Positions 17,635 to 20,000 of a stretch of 20,000 nucleotides of DNA are shown here, one piece after another. How positions within the stretch are numbered: the stretch's first letter is position 1; the number at the start of each line of letters is the position of its first letter. The notes beneath the pieces were generated by a model, which did no database searches, was not told the DNA's origin, and worked only from the letters and a program-made list of their open reading frames with translations. The translations under genes and the position numbers were made by a program. The stretch comes from Trichomonas gallinae (lineage: Eukaryota), in the NCBI GenBank assembly GCA_008369845.1, contig MRSU01005588.1:47542-67541 (forward strand), read 5' to 3'.

Positions 17635-17958
17635 GTATATTGTTGTAATGTTAAATTAAATTCAAAATATAAAAATATAATTCGAAAATTACAAATTTCT
17701 AGCGAAAAATCATTAGAGAAAAGAAGAATAAGTTATATTTTATCGTTAACATTTGGTTTTTCGTTAAATTTTCTATTCAATATAAATTTGCTTAAATATT
17801 GTCAATATATCTTCAACTTGGATTTTACATAGCTTACTTACATAATTTTTAAAGATTTTTAGTGTTGATTTGTAGTTTTTTTTTGAATTAAAATATAGTT
17901 GTAAATAACATGAAAACATACAATTTATTACATAGTATATATTGAAAAATTAAATTTT

Positions 17959-19266
17959 TCATTGCTGTTTCTCTGTTTTCGTCGAGATTAGTTTCGTGAT
18001 TTGCAGTTGAATTGCGGTGATTGTTGCTTTCGCGTATTCGAGCGGGCTCGCGAGTCCTTCTACAGGCGAGAAGTTCAGCACAAACCAGAACAACTCTTCA
18101 TAGTTAGGAATCTCAGATCTGACGAAAACGAGCAAAAATATTCCAAAAACTGCGTCGAAGCTTTGATAATCGAATCCGTGCTGCTCAGACGCGATTTCAG
18201 CATAGCTCCTCACGAGAGAAAGTGCTTCGTGGAACGTCGACAATACGTCTAAGGGAGAGTTCATGAAAATGGTGTTGAACAAGACTTGTGAGGCTCGAGA
18301 TAAATATGGATCTGTTTTAATTAGTTCGTTTGCCTCTTCTTCGCGTGGAAAGACATCTTGGCAGGCTAGTAAATCGTCTAGCGATAGTTGCAGCTTGTAT
18401 TTTGATATAACATTTTCCATTTTCGGCATAAAGAAGTCTGGGAAGAAAGATATAGCGAAATTGAATATTGCTCTGAAGAAAAGAATTGAAAATACTGCAA
18501 CTTCTGCTGATTCGTTGATTTCATATTGATTTATTATAATATTCATTGCATCGACGATTTTTGCAGTGAAATGATGTGTTGATCGATATGTGACTTTCGT
18601 GAAGAGTCCTAAAACCTCTTTTGCGTAGACGAACGCCGGATTAAAAATAAATGAGTTAAATTCTTCTTGTATTTCAATCTCCGTGTTGTAGTATGTGTTT
18701 AAGCCGAACTCTTTTATCGCTCTATCGAGAAGGCCGTGGAAATATTGCTTTTGTGCGTCGAGTGAATTGTTGAATTGAAGAGAAACATTGATTTGACTGA
18801 CTATTTCGTAGTCTTTCGATGATATTAGACGGCATTTCGCTGAATCCATCATCATTGCATTGAAAAATTGTTGAGAATTTACCATAATGATTTGAGATGA
18901 GCTTGTGTAATAAGCTTTTTTCAATTCATCGATGAAAATGTTTGCAAATTCCAGAGCTTTAGCTCTGCTCTTGCATTTGGCGCGGTAAATCTTCCATTGA
19001 AGGAAGAAATGAATTCTTGATAATTTAACTTGTTCTTTCGTCAAAAAGAGTTCCATTTGTGGGAATTCTGGTATAACAGGCTGCATATCTTGATAATCTG
19101 CCTTCATAAACTGCTGATAAGCCGCTAAAAATTTAAGAATTGCGTCTTTTCGAGGATTTATGTTCGCCATGTCATCGGGCCAGTCCATCTGTATGTATGA
19201 TGCATATTCCTGATGGTCAACAAGCCATGCACCAAACGAATCGTCAATAAAATTCGATGCAAACAT
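17959..19266 (-). CDS. VPS9-domain-like protein (putative Rab5-family guanine nucleotide exchange factor, divergent)
   Basis: 435-aa ORF from ATG 19266 to TGA 17961-17959, with an Inr upstream. The C-terminal ~110 aa (about 18310-17990) follow the VPS9 pattern: RASQVLFNTIFMNSPLDVL...SFDAVFGIFLLVFVRSEIPNY...FVLNFSP...LEYAKATITA, versus consensus A..EL.....SP.DKL...SADD.LP.L.YV.I.A.P.L...YI.F...E.GY..T.L.A. The N-terminal two-thirds look helical but were not recognised. Confidence 0.7.
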   Translation of the reverse strand: MFASNFIDDSFGAWLVDHQEYASYIQMDWPDDMANINPRKDAILKFLAAYQQFMKADYQDMQPVIPEFPQMELFLTKEQVKLSRIHFFLQWKIYRAKCKSRAKALEFANIFIDELKKAYYTSSSQIIMVNSQQFFNAMMMDSAKCRLISSKDYEIVSQINVSLQFNNSLDAQKQYFHGLLDRAIKEFGLNTYYNTEIEIQEEFNSFIFNPAFVYAKEVLGLFTKVTYRSTHHFTAKIVDAMNIIINQYEINESAEVAVFSILFFRAIFNFAISFFPDFFMPKMENVISKYKLQLSLDDLLACQDVFPREEEANELIKTDPYLSRASQVLFNTIFMNSPLDVLSTFHEALSLVRSYAEIASEQHGFDYQSFDAVFGIFLLVFVRSEIPNYEELFWFVLNFSPVEGLASPLEYAKATITAIQLQITKLISTKTEKQQ

Positions 19267-19271
19267 TAAAT

Positions 19272-19276
19272 AATGA
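19272..19276 (-). promoter_or_regulatory. Initiator (Inr) element TCA(+1)TT of the VPS9-like gene
   Basis: The minus strand reads AAGT-TCATT-ATTTA-ATG. The Inr A (19274) is 8 nt upstream of the start codon, which implies a very short 5' UTR typical of trichomonads. Confidence 0.6.
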
Positions 19277-20000
19277 ACTTTTAACGCTTTATTTGGTTGA
19301 ATTATATCATAGAGAGTTCATATTTTATATTTTTTCAACATTTTTTTAATACTCAGTCGAAAATGATCGTTTTTATTCAAACTAATTCATGTCACTTTTC
19401 ATTAAGATTGAAAAAAGTATTTACAAAGAAATAATACGAAATTATTAAAAATAGACTTAAATTCTTTCATATATAAGAAGTATGAGACTCCAGCACTGGA
19501 GATATAAGAGTTCTACTCGAAATAACTAACTAGACGAATTGATAGAGCTCATTGAAAAAAATCTGTAGTTTACAACTTTTCGTAGGTTATAACCGTTTTT
19601 CTATTTTTTAGGTTTCTCTCTATTTGGTACATATTTTCTTATTTTTCTATCTATTATTTTATGATGTTGATTTTGTGTTTGATTTTATCGTTTTTATGGC
19701 AAATTTAATTGACCATCCTTGATTTTATTATGTATAGTATGATAATGTAATATAATTATGAATATCACTTCCAATTATCTCGAATTATGATGAGAATCCG
19801 AGTTTCTAATTCAATACTGTTTTTTTTATTTACCAAAATCACCACCAATTATCATACTACAATATTTCATGAACAAATTAAAAAAAGACGAGTCAGATTA
19901 AAATTTGGCAAAAACATATAACTGTTGCTCATTTTTTCGATGTCAGACAGCTTTTTCGATACGTATTCAATTTTTTTGGTCGTTTTTATTTGATATTTAG

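Noticed and set aside
18001..18529. Plus-strand ORFs antisense to the VPS9-like gene
   Set aside because: They are short, lack recognisable features, and are explained as antisense shadows.
3..19266. Idea that the three genes form a functional cluster (adhesion + chaperone + endosomal GEF)
   Set aside because: Each visible gene start has its own Inr, the last two genes are convergent, and codon usage differs. Adjacency in a compact eukaryotic genome is not evidence of shared function without synteny data.
19482..19560. Slightly GC-richer patch with hairpin CTCCAG-CA-CTGGAG (19488-19501) and a 15-codon ORF
   Set aside because: The stem is only 6 bp with a 2-nt loop. There are no tRNA/snoRNA boxes or terminal repeats. 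It could be a decayed gene or repeat remnant but this cannot be supported from the sequence.
19590..19598. AACGGTT on the minus strand resembling a Myb-like trichomonad core-promoter motif
   Set aside because: It is an imperfect match and lies >300 nt from the nearest start codon, outside the expected core-promoter position.
1..20000. CRISPR arrays, transposon ends, rRNA/tRNA genes, spliceosomal introns
   Set aside because: No DNA-level direct-repeat arrays, terminal inverted repeats, transposase motifs or cloverleaf structures were seen. All three ORFs are continuous, so no introns are needed.

Overview
Gene-dense, intronless eukaryotic genomic DNA with short AT-rich spacers and TCATT initiator-like motifs 8-14 nt upstream of start codons. 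This is most consistent with a parabasalid such as Trichomonas (inference from sequence style only). There are three protein-coding genes. (1) A giant talin-like gene, truncated by the window's 5' edge (>=5121 aa, + strand). It has at least four tandem talin-type F0-F1-F2-F3 FERM heads, an acidic linker, a ~3500-aa helical rod containing two different degenerate repeat arrays, and a divergent C-terminal I/LWEQ (THATCH) actin-binding module. (2) A DNAJC21/Jjj1-like J-domain co-chaperone (+ strand) with a shortened zuotin-homology domain, one C2H2 finger, a long charged low-complexity tract and an unexpected C-terminal transmembrane tail anchor. (3) A convergent VPS9-like (Rab5-family GEF-like) gene (- strand) with a partly substituted active site. 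No RNA genes, mobile elements or CRISPR arrays were recognised. All family calls come from by-eye motif comparison with remembered sequences, not from database searches.
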